Virus record (IMG/VR): IMGVR_UViG_3300020060_000009
Direction: 5' to 3' (one strand)
DNA: 64,000 nucleotides
Source of the DNA: a virus
Taxonomy: Duplodnaviria > Heunggongvirae > Uroviricota > Caudoviricetes
Position 1 is the stretch's first letter. Each line of letters opens with the position of its first letter. The translations under genes were made by a program, and so were the position numbers. Positions 19,036-28,103 of the stretch are shown piece by piece. The notes below the pieces were generated by a model. The model saw only the letters and a program-made list of their open reading frames with translations, did not search any database and was not told where the DNA came from.

Positions 19036-19280
19036 TCTGGCTTCCTTGTTCCTGTGCCAATAAGTTTACATTTCTGCGCTAAATCCATCTGATCTACAAC
19101 ATTGTCATATTGATTCTCTTTTGAGGCAAGGATTCTCTTCTTAAACTCTGCTAAGCTCGAACGACTAGGGCTATTGTAAATGTTGTAAGAGATATATTGA
19201 GAACCTCCGACATTCACGACTACCGATGTATCACTTAGGTAATAAGTTATCCTGCCTCTTTTAACAACTTTGTGTTCCAT
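19020..19280 (-). CDS. hypothetical protein
   Basis: 86-aa ORF. Confidence 0.4.
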   Translation of the reverse strand: MEHKVVKRGRITYYLSDTSVVVNVGGSQYISYNIYNSPSRSSLAEFKKRILASKENQYDNVVDQMDLAQKCKLIGTGTRKPDWITE

Positions 19281-20164
19281 TATACGAACGCTGGCGGTAT
19301 ATCGCCATCCTTCTTCTTAATCGCGCTACGCTCACTAAACCAACCATAACATCCCTCAACATTACACTGATAACGCTGGTAGCGACCAGTCTTGGTTGCT
19401 CGAGTACCCTCTTCATGGTAATCAGATTGTAGACAATAAGGACAAGCAAGCTCAAGATTAGCAATCCTAAGTAAGCTAACTGGTGAACGATACCAAGGAA
19501 ATAACACCCTAAAGTCATCAATCGTCAATTTAACATCTTGGTTATTATAAATCGCCATCTTTTTAGCAGCTTTTAGACCAGCAGCGCCACCACAGATAAT
19601 ATCCCACCATAAATCAGCATGGGTTGTTTCTGTTTTACGTCCTTTACCTAAGAAGTCACTCAAGTAATTGAGAGAGTAGCTAGGAAGACGCATAATCTGT
19701 TTCGCAATCAATTTAGTATCGAGCTGTTGGTGGGGAACAACTGGTTTAAGTTTATGCTTAATAAAGAACATATTTGCCATCTTGTCATCGAATTGTTTCG
19801 AGTTATGACCAAGGGTTATATCTGTTTTTGTAAATAATTGATACAATTCTTTAACAAGTAATGTGTCATCTTTCGGGTCCCAGGAATACGTTTCCATTTG
19901 AGCGATTGTACGACAATGAACTTTTGGTTCATATTTAGGGTCCGATAATCTACTTGGGTCAACCCATGCATAAGAAAAGGAAAGCAAAATTGGTTGTTCA
20001 ATCACTTTATGAATATTGGTCTCCCAAACCCCGTAACTATAACCAAGTAAACCTGTACACTCTATATCATAGGCCAAGAGATTTGGTTCTCGTACCTGTA
20101 AGGTATCAATCCCACGCTCGCTGTCTTTTTCACTCATTTTTGTATTTAACCCCTTTTCCCACAT
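19280..20164 (-). CDS. DEDD-family 3'-5' exonuclease with C-terminal zinc ribbon
   Basis: AYDIECTG matches the Exo I motif of DnaQ-like exonucleases. C-terminal CPYC...C..C is a Zn-ribbon. Confidence 0.65.
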   Translation of the reverse strand: MWEKGLNTKMSEKDSERGIDTLQVREPNLLAYDIECTGLLGYSYGVWETNIHKVIEQPILLSFSYAWVDPSRLSDPKYEPKVHCRTIAQMETYSWDPKDDTLLVKELYQLFTKTDITLGHNSKQFDDKMANMFFIKHKLKPVVPHQQLDTKLIAKQIMRLPSYSLNYLSDFLGKGRKTETTHADLWWDIICGGAAGLKAAKKMAIYNNQDVKLTIDDFRVLFPWYRSPVSLLRIANLELACPYCLQSDYHEEGTRATKTGRYQRYQCNVEGCYGWFSERSAIKKKDGDIPPAFV

Positions 20165-20181
20165 TATATCGCACTTTTAAT

Positions 20182-20340
20182 TAAAACGCAAGCGTTTTCT
20201 TTTTATTCTTATTCTTATTTATATTCTTATTCTTATCTATGCTTGATAACCCTTACGCTAACCTCTGTTAATTTACACAGTTGGGTAAGGGTTTAAAAAC
20301 GCCTAACCCTTACGCTATCGTGAGCTAACTACGACGTAGT
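20182..20340. repeat. iteron/palindrome cluster (putative replication origin)
   Basis: Perfect palindrome aaaacgc-aa-gcgtttt. 14-bp direct repeat attcttattcttat x2. 13-bp repeat taacccttacgcta x2 with an inverted partial copy ttgggtaagggtt between them. Palindrome actacgacgtagt. AT-rich and located between divergent operons, upstream of the replication genes. Confidence 0.5.
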
Positions 20341-20424
20341 TGTGGTATAACCCACACACTATCGCTATGCTACACCGCTTTCGCTTATATGTCAACCAAT
20401 TATATGAAAAATCTTTCAAAATAA

Positions 20425-20456
20425 GCTTGTGTTTACGTTGGAAAAGGCGCATAATT
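20425..20456 (+). promoter_or_regulatory. conserved phage promoter (TTGTGT-N17-CATAAT)
   Basis: gcTTGTGTttacgttggaaaaggcgCATAATtc, upstream of the replication operon. Confidence 0.6.
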
Positions 20457-20496
20457 CAAAACACAAGGGGAATCGAAAAACGAGGGTATAACAAAC

Positions 20497-21168
20497 ATGA
20501 ACACATCAATTATTAAAAAGGACTTTTGGAAGTCCGACGAGTATGTAGTATTGCATTTAGATACAAAAATGGTGTATCTTTATTTGCTATCTTGTCCAGA
20601 TAAAGGCTATTTAAATGTTTTTAAATTAAATAAACATCTTGCAACTCTTTGTACGGGTGTATCTAGCAATTCTATAGAAGCTGGGCTTGAACAACTACAA
20701 AAGATGGGCTATATTGATCTATTTAATGGATATGTGGGCTTGTTAAAGGGTCATGTTACAGCAGTTGGTGGACGCTACGGAGGCGAGAATAAAGACAAAG
20801 AACTAGCATCATTACCAGTTGATATTCGTGAGCATTTTGGCTTAGATGATGAGTCTATAATAGATATAGAACCTACTAAAAGAGTAGTTAAAAAAACTGG
20901 CCCACCACCAGAGACAATTAAAAGTATAATCGCTAAACAACCAGAGGCTTTACGCGAGACTCTTCAAGACTTCGTAGAAGACCGTATTGAGCGTAAGAAA
21001 GCCCCAACTACCCGTGCCGTCAAGGGTTGGGTTAAAAAGCTAGAAGATATGTACCCCAAGAACCCAGCTAAACAAGCAATGTGCTTGCAACAATCTATTG
21101 ATCGTGGTTGGATGGGATTATTTGAAGTTAAGATGGATAGTACTACAGGAGGGGGAGAATTTATGTAA
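20497..21168 (+). CDS. replication initiation / replisome organiser protein
   Basis: N-terminal region resembles the phage replisome-organiser / DnaD-like domain. First gene after the origin-like repeats, followed by a helicase. Confidence 0.5.
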   Translation: MNTSIIKKDFWKSDEYVVLHLDTKMVYLYLLSCPDKGYLNVFKLNKHLATLCTGVSSNSIEAGLEQLQKMGYIDLFNGYVGLLKGHVTAVGGRYGGENKDKELASLPVDIREHFGLDDESIIDIEPTKRVVKKTGPPPETIKSIIAKQPEALRETLQDFVEDRIERKKAPTTRAVKGWVKKLEDMYPKNPAKQAMCLQQSIDRGWMGLFEVKMDSTTGGGEFM

Positions 21169-21473
21169 TGACAAGTCTCGTTACTCCAGAATACTGGAAG
21201 ATGTGGCTTGGTGATATGCCGATGCCAGAAGATGCTACTACAGATATGATGTGGGCAGCTCATGATGCAATGCAAGAGTTTGAGGCAAGGGATGAAGACA
21301 TACGAATGATTAATTGGTATGAAGAATCTAAGAAACACTATGTAAAAAAACGTGAGTTCTGGCTTCCACGCACAAATGAACCAGATTATGTTGATAAATT
21401 AAGAATTTACGATAACATATTGGAACAAATTGATGAAGGAATTGAATTTTTAAGGGAGCAATTAAATGGCTGA
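21168..21473 (+). CDS. hypothetical protein (possible helicase loader)
   Basis: 101-aa acidic ORF between the initiator and the helicase, translationally coupled. Confidence 0.4.
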   Translation: MTSLVTPEYWKMWLGDMPMPEDATTDMMWAAHDAMQEFEARDEDIRMINWYEESKKHYVKKREFWLPRTNEPDYVDKLRIYDNILEQIDEGIEFLREQLNG

Positions 21474-22398
21474 GAAAAAAGACTGGAAACAAAAAGCTGT
21501 AAATCGAATTGTTGAGCAGTTCGCCGATATGGATGAGCCTCAACAAGCTAAAGTCATGGATGCTATTAAGTATAACTACGCGCTCCAAGCAGCTAAAGAA
21601 GTCGGTATGACCAAGACTGTTACGTTTGGTGATATGTATGCAACAGCTATCGAGCGCCAAAAACACTTCAATAAGTTCGAGGGCTTTGGTTGCGGTCTCC
21701 CTTACTTCGACCGTGCCACCATGGGCTTTCGTGGTGGTGAGCTGATAATCATTGCAGCGCCTTCTAACTTCGGTAAAACGATGGTAGCTATGAATATTGT
21801 TGCGCAGCTAGCAGCAAATACTCTTAAAAAGGTCGTTATGATTACTATGGAAATGACACCCGCTGAGGTGAGTACTCGTTTGTTCAACATGGTGGATAAA
21901 GCAGATCATGACACACTAAAAGAAAACTTCATTATCCAAACGGAATTAACAGTTAGTGCCGAACACGTAAAAGCGATTGTCAAAAAACATAAACCTGATA
22001 TTCTTTTAATCGACCACTTAGGATTCTTAGCTAAACAAGAACCAGGGACAGAAGAGCGTCAACAGATTGACACAGCTATGGCTAAGATTAAGCGCCTTGC
22101 GATCAATGAGAATATCCCCATCATTATGATTAGTCATGTTAGCAAGACACGTTCTGGCTCAAGTGGCGAGGCGACTGTGTCAGACCTAAAGGGCAGTTCA
22201 GCAATCGAACAAGACTCTGATATTGTCTTCATGATTAACAAGCCAAAAAACCAAAACTTTATGGACCAAGGCATTATAGAGATTGTTTTGAAACTAGAAA
22301 AACATCGTACAAAGTCTCCGAGAGGATTATTTCATCAGAAAGTTTTAATCCAGGTGAAAGGTGTTCGGACTGATGGAAAATACACCGTGTATAATTAA
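21466..22398 (+). CDS. DnaB-like replicative helicase (RecA-fold C-terminal domain only)
   Basis: Walker A IIAAPSNFGKT and a Walker B hydrophobic stretch ILLIDHLGF. 310 aa. Confidence 0.7.
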   Translation: MAEKKDWKQKAVNRIVEQFADMDEPQQAKVMDAIKYNYALQAAKEVGMTKTVTFGDMYATAIERQKHFNKFEGFGCGLPYFDRATMGFRGGELIIIAAPSNFGKTMVAMNIVAQLAANTLKKVVMITMEMTPAEVSTRLFNMVDKADHDTLKENFIIQTELTVSAEHVKAIVKKHKPDILLIDHLGFLAKQEPGTEERQQIDTAMAKIKRLAINENIPIIMISHVSKTRSGSSGEATVSDLKGSSAIEQDSDIVFMINKPKNQNFMDQGIIEIVLKLEKHRTKSPRGLFHQKVLIQVKGVRTDGKYTVYN

Positions 22399-22606
22399 AA
22401 ACATAACCCTCATAGAGGTGACAAATGGAGTTCGCTATACTGGGCCAATAGATATGGAGGGCATGATACTTCACAGTGTTCAGGGTGAAGCGACAACACA
22501 TAGTAATGAACGCAAATATTTTTGCAACAACTGCCTAAAAACATTTAATGGTTCAGAAACATTTGACGAATGTAAAAACCATCTTGGTACATTTCCACTT
22601 GACTGA
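22361..22606 (+). CDS. small zinc-finger protein
   Basis: FCNNCLKTF...ECKNH, a C2HC-like pattern. Confidence 0.35.
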   Translation: MFGLMENTPCIIKNITLIEVTNGVRYTGPIDMEGMILHSVQGEATTHSNERKYFCNNCLKTFNGSETFDECKNHLGTFPLD

Positions 22607-22677
22607 TTAAAATATTATGCTCATACTTAGAGTATGAAACAACCCCAACGAAAAACGCAAAAGTTTATAATTAAAAT

Positions 22678-23319
22678 ATGGAAACAAAAATAGGAATATA
22701 TCAAATAAAAAGAGATGGCACGGTCTTGTACATTGGTCAGTCTAGAAACATAAAAAATAGATGGCTCCAACATAAATATGAACTTAAAAGAAATAAACAT
22801 TGCAATACTTATCTACAATGAATGTACAATAAATATAACGACTTAGAGTTTTCAGTTTTAGAAGATAATATACCCGTCGAAGGGTTGACACCAAAAGAGA
22901 TATTTTATATCAACAAGCTAAAACCTCTTTGTAATATTGCTATACCGAACGGAGACGACAGCTGGACATACACGGAAGATAGAAACAGAAAAGTATCTGT
23001 AGGCAATCTTGGAAAGAAAAAGTCCGCAGAACATGCTCTGCATATAAGTGAAGCAAGAAAAGGTATGAAGCTATCCTATCCCGTGTGGAACAAGGGCAAT
23101 GGTGAATATATGTCGGGAGAAAAAAACTCTTTTTATGGCAAACATCACACACTAGAAGACAGGAAAAGAATATCTGAAACTAAGTCGAAAAGTAAAGTGG
23201 ACATTAAAAAGTTAATTCAATTCAGAAATAGCGGGATGAGCTATGCTGCCGTAGGGAGAGTACTTGGTGTCTCAAGAACCTTTGTAAACAGAAAATATAA
23301 ATTATGGACGGAAAAATAA
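22678..23319 (+). pseudogene. GIY-YIG homing endonuclease interrupted by an in-frame TGA (22819-22821)
   Basis: ATG at 22678 opens ...GIYQIKRDGTVLYIGQSRNIKNRWLQHKYELKRNKHCNTYLQ, then TGA. In the same frame the next ORF continues MYNKYNDLEFSVLE...NKLKPLCN, the rest of the GIY-YIG domain. NUMOD3-like repeats and a C-terminal HTH follow. The frame was checked as (22822-22678) mod 3 = 0. Confidence 0.6.
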
Positions 23320-23681
23320 AAATGAAATTAACGGCCACAGGGACTGTTCCCTCAAAAAAGAATAGTCGTATCAACACAAGAAGTGGGCGAAGTTTTCCAA
23401 GTAAAAGATTCTCATCCTGGGAAGCTCTCGCTCTGCCGGAACTTAAAAAACAATTCAAAGGGTTACGAGTAACAGGTTATCCCATATCAATAACGATGGT
23501 GTTCTTTAATGGAGACCTTCGTCGTCACGATCTCGATAATCAATGCAGCTCTATATTAGACACATTAGTAAAGGCTGGTGTGATAGAAGATGATAATCAG
23601 AAGTTTGTAGATGGTATTCAACTACAGTATGGTGGTCTAGATAGAACGAACCCTCGTTGTGAGATTTTCCTTGACGAATAA
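23304..23681 (+). CDS. rusA: RusA-family Holliday junction resolvase
   Basis: DLRRHDLDNQCSSILDTLVKAGVIEDDNQ aligns to the E. coli RusA catalytic region [29 protein letters not shown]. Confidence 0.75.
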   Translation: MDGKIKMKLTATGTVPSKKNSRINTRSGRSFPSKRFSSWEALALPELKKQFKGLRVTGYPISITMVFFNGDLRRHDLDNQCSSILDTLVKAGVIEDDNQKFVDGIQLQYGGLDRTNPRCEIFLDE

Positions 23682-23718
23682 GCTTGTGCTTTTTTTGATA
23701 TAGGAGCATAATTAAAAT

Positions 23719-24180
23719 ATGAGCGTACTAAGAGATTTTCACGAACAGCATTTACATATCGTAAAGAGATATTGGCCTCGTGAAATTTTTAATCCATTTA
23801 ACTGGATAAGAACTATCAAGTGGCGACATCAACGAGCAGAGAGAGGATGGAGTGATAGAGATACCTGGGGCGGAGGAGAATATATTGCAGGAATAAGTGC
23901 AGGAATCCTTAACTACCTACAAAGCGAAAAGGGCCATGTTGATTGGGATGAATATTTTAATTTTAATTATCCCGAGAATCTCGGATATACATCTCTCAAT
24001 GAAGTTGCACAGGATATTGATAATTATTTAGCATGGGAAGAAGATTCTTTTAGTGACCCTATATATTCTATGTTAAAAGATGAGAATGAAACTCGATGGG
24101 CAATTGAATTTCAACTTTATGAAGATTATAGAAACGCAATGCACTTTGTTGCCGAAAATATAGGACAACTTTGGGACTAA
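23719..24180 (+). CDS. hypothetical protein
   Basis: 153-aa Trp-rich ORF. Confidence 0.45.
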   Translation: MSVLRDFHEQHLHIVKRYWPREIFNPFNWIRTIKWRHQRAERGWSDRDTWGGGEYIAGISAGILNYLQSEKGHVDWDEYFNFNYPENLGYTSLNEVAQDIDNYLAWEEDSFSDPIYSMLKDENETRWAIEFQLYEDYRNAMHFVAENIGQLWD

Positions 24181-24207
24181 AAAAGAGTTAGTTTCCTAAC
24201 TCTTTAA
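24181..24207 (+). terminator. rho-independent terminator
   Basis: aaagagttag-tttc-ctaactcttt hairpin followed by an AT/T-rich tail, directly after the stop of 23719..24180. Confidence 0.55.
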
Positions 24208-24492
24208 TAATTTCATGACCAGCGATTGACATAACCGAGTTAACGGCAGTCTGCTTTGATATCTTCCCCTGCTGGCCATACACAGTTACGAAGTGCAACT
24301 TATATTTGGAAGACTCTCTTACAGACCTCTGTGTCTATTATACTATTTTGCGGAAACGTCCGTCAGTGGAAACGGCTGATAGAATCCTTATACCATCCTG
24401 CGCGAGGAGCCACTATAACCTGCCAATTCAGGCAGCTAGGAAGTCGGTTTAATCTTCTAAGCCTTGCCCTTATTCTTTATCAAATTAAAATA

Positions 24493-24844
24493 TGGTGGAG
24501 ATGGGGGGAATCGCACCCCCGTGCCAAAAATCCACAATTAGCTTTCTATTACAAGTTTATCCAGTTTCTACTGGCAAAAGACAGTGTGACACCACCACTT
24601 ATTTTTATAGTTCAAATAAGAAACTTGTGCATTGCGTTCGGTATGCTCGTAGTCTTCATTATTGGCCGAAGACCGCCATTCTCTCGATTAAACCAGTGAG
24701 AAAGCTGGTGCTGGAACAAATGCTTGTTTAAACATTGCTACAGCGGATTTGAATGCGTTTGCATTTAGGTTTTGTTGTCTTTGACGCGGACAGGCGACTT
24801 GCTTACTAACTGTTAAAAATTCAAGGTCGAATCTAAGTCATCCC
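24493..24844 (-). ncRNA. ssrA: tmRNA (ssrA), phage-encoded
   Basis: 5' end GGGGATGACTTAGATTCGAC (E. coli has GGGGCUGAUUCUGGAUUCGAC). 3' end GGGGGTGCGATTCCCCCCATCTCCACCA, i.e. T-arm plus an acceptor that pairs with the 5' GGGGATG, plus CCA. About 352 nt. A candidate tag ORF ANAFKSAVAMFKQAFVPAPAFSLV* is only tentative. The overlapping ORFs 24256..24699 and 24492..24731 are therefore spurious. Confidence 0.75.
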
Positions 24845-24887
24845 CATAAATCTATTATACACCAGAGGTAAAATAATTGCAACATAA

Positions 24888-24920
24888 AAAGCTTGTGTTT
24901 TTTTGAAAAAAGGAGCATAA
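24888..24920 (+). promoter_or_regulatory. conserved phage promoter (TTGTGT-N17-CATAAT)
   Basis: aagcTTGTGTttttttgaaaaaaggagCATAATtaaa. Confidence 0.6.
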
Positions 24921-24960
24921 TTAAATTTGATAATAAAGAACACAATAAAAGGGAGCATTA

Positions 24961-25059
24961 AATGGTAATTTATGCAGATTCAAAAAGAGAACATCTACTA
25001 GCAGCAGTACTATCAATCGTCACAGCGATTGCAGTTGTTATATTAATTTTAGTCAAATA
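24961..25059 (+). CDS. small hydrophobic peptide (32 aa)
   Basis: MVIYADSKREHLLAAVLSIVTAIAVVILILVK preceded by AAGGAG. Not in the supplied track because it is shorter than 60 aa. Confidence 0.35.
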
Positions 25060-25072
25060 ATAAGGAGAAATA

Positions 25073-25654
25073 ATGGTTCCAACTCAAACTCCGTGGTATG
25101 CTACGAAGAAAGCTATTAATGGGTACATTATTGGCGGTGCTGTAATCGTAGGATTGCTAATCCTATTTACAATAATTGGTTCTTTGAACAACACATATGT
25201 TTCCAAAGACCAGAATGTACAAACTAGTGAGAGCAACATCAGCAAAGAAAGCCAGCGTCGTGTTGATTTATTCAACAACTTAGTAGATGCAGTGGAATCA
25301 GCGAAGACATTTGAGCAAAATACTCAAACAAGAATTGCTGAGGCTCGATCACAGGGTAATAAAGGGCAAGTTGATGAAGCAATGCTAACAATTAATGCAG
25401 TTGCTGAGGCTTACCCAGAGATCAAGAGTACTAAGTTGTATGAACAGACCATGATTGAATTTAGTATTACCGAGAATCGCCTAGCTTCATACCGAGAACA
25501 GTACAATAATGATGTTCGTGATTTTAATGGTTATGTTCAGGGATTCCCTCAGTCTATGTTCTTGCCTTTTGTTGGTAAAGACACAGCGCCTAAAAAATAT
25601 CTAGACTATAAGGTTAACGACGCAGAGGCTCGTGACCTTTTCAAAAAGGATTAA
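25073..25654 (+). CDS. lemA: LemA family membrane protein
   Basis: N-terminal TM helix plus the LemA pattern RRVDLFNNLVDAVESAK...AEAYPEIKST...YNNDVRDFNGYVQGFPQSMF. Strong AAGGAG ribosome-binding site. Confidence 0.7.
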   Translation: MVPTQTPWYATKKAINGYIIGGAVIVGLLILFTIIGSLNNTYVSKDQNVQTSESNISKESQRRVDLFNNLVDAVESAKTFEQNTQTRIAEARSQGNKGQVDEAMLTINAVAEAYPEIKSTKLYEQTMIEFSITENRLASYREQYNNDVRDFNGYVQGFPQSMFLPFVGKDTAPKKYLDYKVNDAEARDLFKKD

Positions 25655-25656
25655 TT

Positions 25657-26385
25657 ATGTATATAGGAAGACCTCCTTTTGTAGAACAGCTAAACGATAT
25701 TAGTTTCTGGTTCCCAATTCTCAGTAAGATTGGAATGAGGACACCAGAAACTAAGTTGTTCTATGTATCAAATGAAGTTGGACATATTGTAGATGGAAAA
25801 GAAACCGATGAGTTTAAACAACTCGTAAAAGATATCACATCTACAAAAGAATCATTTGGAAGGACGGCCTTCCTACGTACAGGACAAACAAGCAACAAAC
25901 ACGACTGGAAGCATACTTGTTACTTGAGTGAGAACTCTGATGTTAAGAAACATCTAGCTGCGCTAATAGAGTTTAGTATGATGGTTGATCTACCATATAA
26001 CACGTTTGCAGTTAGGAAGATGATAGATACTGTTCCTCTTACTACTGCGTTTAAAGATATGCCAATTGCTCGTGAATTAAGAATTTTTGTTAAAGAGGGT
26101 AAACTTATTTGCGCACATCCTTATTGGCCAGAAGAAGCATTTAGAGGTGGGCAACATCCAAATAACGAAGTGACCGAGGAACAAATTAGACAATTACAAG
26201 TTATGCCAAAAATGACAGAAATTACACAAATGGCAGAATATGTAAGTAGTAGTTTCCAAGGATCATGGAGTGTTGATTTTCTAGAAGACAAAGACGGTAA
26301 TTGGTGGTTAACAGATATGGCGCTTGCTTCTACAGGTTACCACTGGCCCAACTGCGAGAATAAAGATAAATTTGGCGACAATTAA
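25657..26385 (+). CDS. ATP-grasp fold protein (putative)
   Basis: ELRIFVKEGKLICAHPYWP and surrounding strands resemble the ATP-grasp central/C-terminal domain. Weak. Confidence 0.4.
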   Translation: MYIGRPPFVEQLNDISFWFPILSKIGMRTPETKLFYVSNEVGHIVDGKETDEFKQLVKDITSTKESFGRTAFLRTGQTSNKHDWKHTCYLSENSDVKKHLAALIEFSMMVDLPYNTFAVRKMIDTVPLTTAFKDMPIARELRIFVKEGKLICAHPYWPEEAFRGGQHPNNEVTEEQIRQLQVMPKMTEITQMAEYVSSSFQGSWSVDFLEDKDGNWWLTDMALASTGYHWPNCENKDKFGDN

Positions 26386-26387
26386 TA

Positions 26388-27197
26388 ATGAACGATCTAC
26401 ATCGCGTCGGTATTATTTTCACCGCACTTGTAGTCGTTGTATTAGGTGTTTTGGGTATTAAAAACTTAGCGGAAGACTCGGGCTACAAAAACCAAGTCCG
26501 TTATACGACTGCTATTCGCGCAGAAGATAAAGATCGTTTTAACTACGCCGTTGACTCTCAACAGGGAAACTTGTTGGTTCACGGCGTTTTTAAAGCAGAA
26601 GATAAAAACCTAGTTAAGTTCCCAGAAATGACAAAAGCATTCACATTTGTGGAACGTGTAAAAGAACATTACACTAGACATGAGAGTTGTTCTACTGATA
26701 GCGATGGACATGAAAGTTGTACAACCTATTACACATGGGATGCTGTAGACTGGGAACACCAATCATCACCAGAATTGACATTATATGATCGACAATATCC
26801 TGCTGGGTTATTTAAGATGGATGATTTTAGTGATCGCCAAAGCTGCGAAGGCATCACCAAAGCCAATGCTCAAACAGGTTGGTTTAGTTCTAAAGATGGT
26901 TGTGATAACGGAGAATATTATTTAGATAGTAATGATCGTTACGTTTATAATGTTGTTCCTCAGAGCTTCTCTGCCACCTTTATTGCCAATAGCCTTCATG
27001 GTGGTTTAAAGCCTGTTGAGGGCAATCGTATTACTCTACAAAATAAATCTATAGACCAAACCATGAAAGAAGTAGGACAATACAAAGTGTGGGCATTCTG
27101 GATAGCATTTGTGTTTATCGTCTTACTGGTAATCGGCGCTTGTGTCGGAGCCTACTATTGGGTAATGGAGGATGGGGAATGGAGTCTACACAGATGA
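26388..27197 (+). CDS. Cys-rich bitopic membrane protein
   Basis: TM helices at the N- and C-termini. Multiple Cys in the central (likely extracytoplasmic) domain. Confidence 0.45.
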   Translation: MNDLHRVGIIFTALVVVVLGVLGIKNLAEDSGYKNQVRYTTAIRAEDKDRFNYAVDSQQGNLLVHGVFKAEDKNLVKFPEMTKAFTFVERVKEHYTRHESCSTDSDGHESCTTYYTWDAVDWEHQSSPELTLYDRQYPAGLFKMDDFSDRQSCEGITKANAQTGWFSSKDGCDNGEYYLDSNDRYVYNVVPQSFSATFIANSLHGGLKPVEGNRITLQNKSIDQTMKEVGQYKVWAFWIAFVFIVLLVIGACVGAYYWVMEDGEWSLHR

Positions 27198-27328
27198 CCA
27201 CAAGAACTGTAACAGTTAACGGACAAAGTGTAACTATTTATTATTATGAATTATTCGTTGATCTTTTAAAGGAATGGAAGGCCAAAGGGATGTCACGAGA
27301 AGACATAGAGGAGTTGATATTGTCATAA
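27195..27328 (+). CDS. small protein (44 aa)
   Basis: MTTRTVTVNGQSVTIYYYELFVDLLKEWKAKGMSREDIEELILS, translationally coupled (ATGA). Confidence 0.3.
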
Positions 27329-27488
27329 TGTACAAAATATATTTTATTATTACCCATCTCTACTTTAAACTATTGTACCCCATGAGAAAACTAGAGCAAC
27401 ATGCAAGTGGGCTGCGAAACGAATCTGTATTCCACAGAAAATATGGTAAAGGTAAAGATTGTAAATTGGTAAATTGTAGGTGTAAGAT

Positions 27489-27785
27489 ATGAATTATATT
27501 GACGAGGTAAAAGAAGAATTAGCAAAGCACATAACCGTTGGTAAGGGGCTTATGAATGTATATGCTCTACTTGTTTTAGTTAAAGGTGAAGAAACGACGC
27601 TAGAGGACGTTCACGACGCTTGGAGTGTTAATATAAACCAAACGTGGAACTTTGCCCAGAACGGTAATCATCGCTCTCTAATCGCGTTTAATGAGCTTGC
27701 TAAAGAGATACAAGAAAAAGACCGTGCTTATGTCGAAGCTATACACGAAACTGCTCGTATTCTGAGAACCAAAAAGAGCCTGTAG
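27489..27785 (+). CDS. hypothetical protein
   Basis: 98-aa ORF. Confidence 0.45.
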   Translation: MNYIDEVKEELAKHITVGKGLMNVYALLVLVKGEETTLEDVHDAWSVNINQTWNFAQNGNHRSLIAFNELAKEIQEKDRAYVEAIHETARILRTKKSL

Positions 27786-27933
27786 GGAGTGTCTGGCGCT
27801 AACCAGTCTTGCCTCAGGCTCGAAACGACTTTCCTGTGACGCCGTATATAAACGCATATACCACAGCTCGTTCTCTTTATACTCTTATTATAGTCTTGCT
27901 AAATTGCTATGTCAAGAGTTTTTTATAATTTCA

Positions 27934-28006
27934 TGGCTCCCTCGCTAGGACTCGCACCCAGATAACAGCCTTCAAAGGGCTGCGTCCTACTTTAGACGAC
28001 GTGGGA
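27934..28006 (-). tRNA. tRNA-Gln (anticodon UUG)
   Basis: Anticodon stem CAGCC/GGCTG with loop CTTTGAA. T-arm CTGGG-TGCGAGT-CCTAG. CCA encoded. Confidence 0.6.
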
Positions 28007-28011
28007 ATATT

Positions 28012-28098
28012 TGGCGGTGACAGTAGGATTCGAACCTACGGGGCTTTTGGCCCACAGCTTTAGCAAAGCTGCTCGATAAACCACTCTGACATATCACC
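28012..28098 (-). tRNA. tRNA-Ser (anticodon GCU), type II
   Basis: T-loop GGTTCGAATCC, long variable arm, anticodon loop TTGCTAA. CCA encoded. Confidence 0.65.
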
Positions 28099-28103
28099 GT
28101 ATT

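Noticed and set aside
20200-20240. Short direct repeats attcttattcttat as a possible CRISPR array
   Set aside because: Only two copies, AT-rich, no spacer-repeat periodicity, no cas genes. Better explained as origin iterons.
24256-24731. Predicted ORFs 24256..24699 (+) and 24492..24731 (+)
   Set aside because: They overlap the tmRNA gene and the structured leader. There is no ribosome-binding site, composition is odd, and the RNA gene explains the conservation better.
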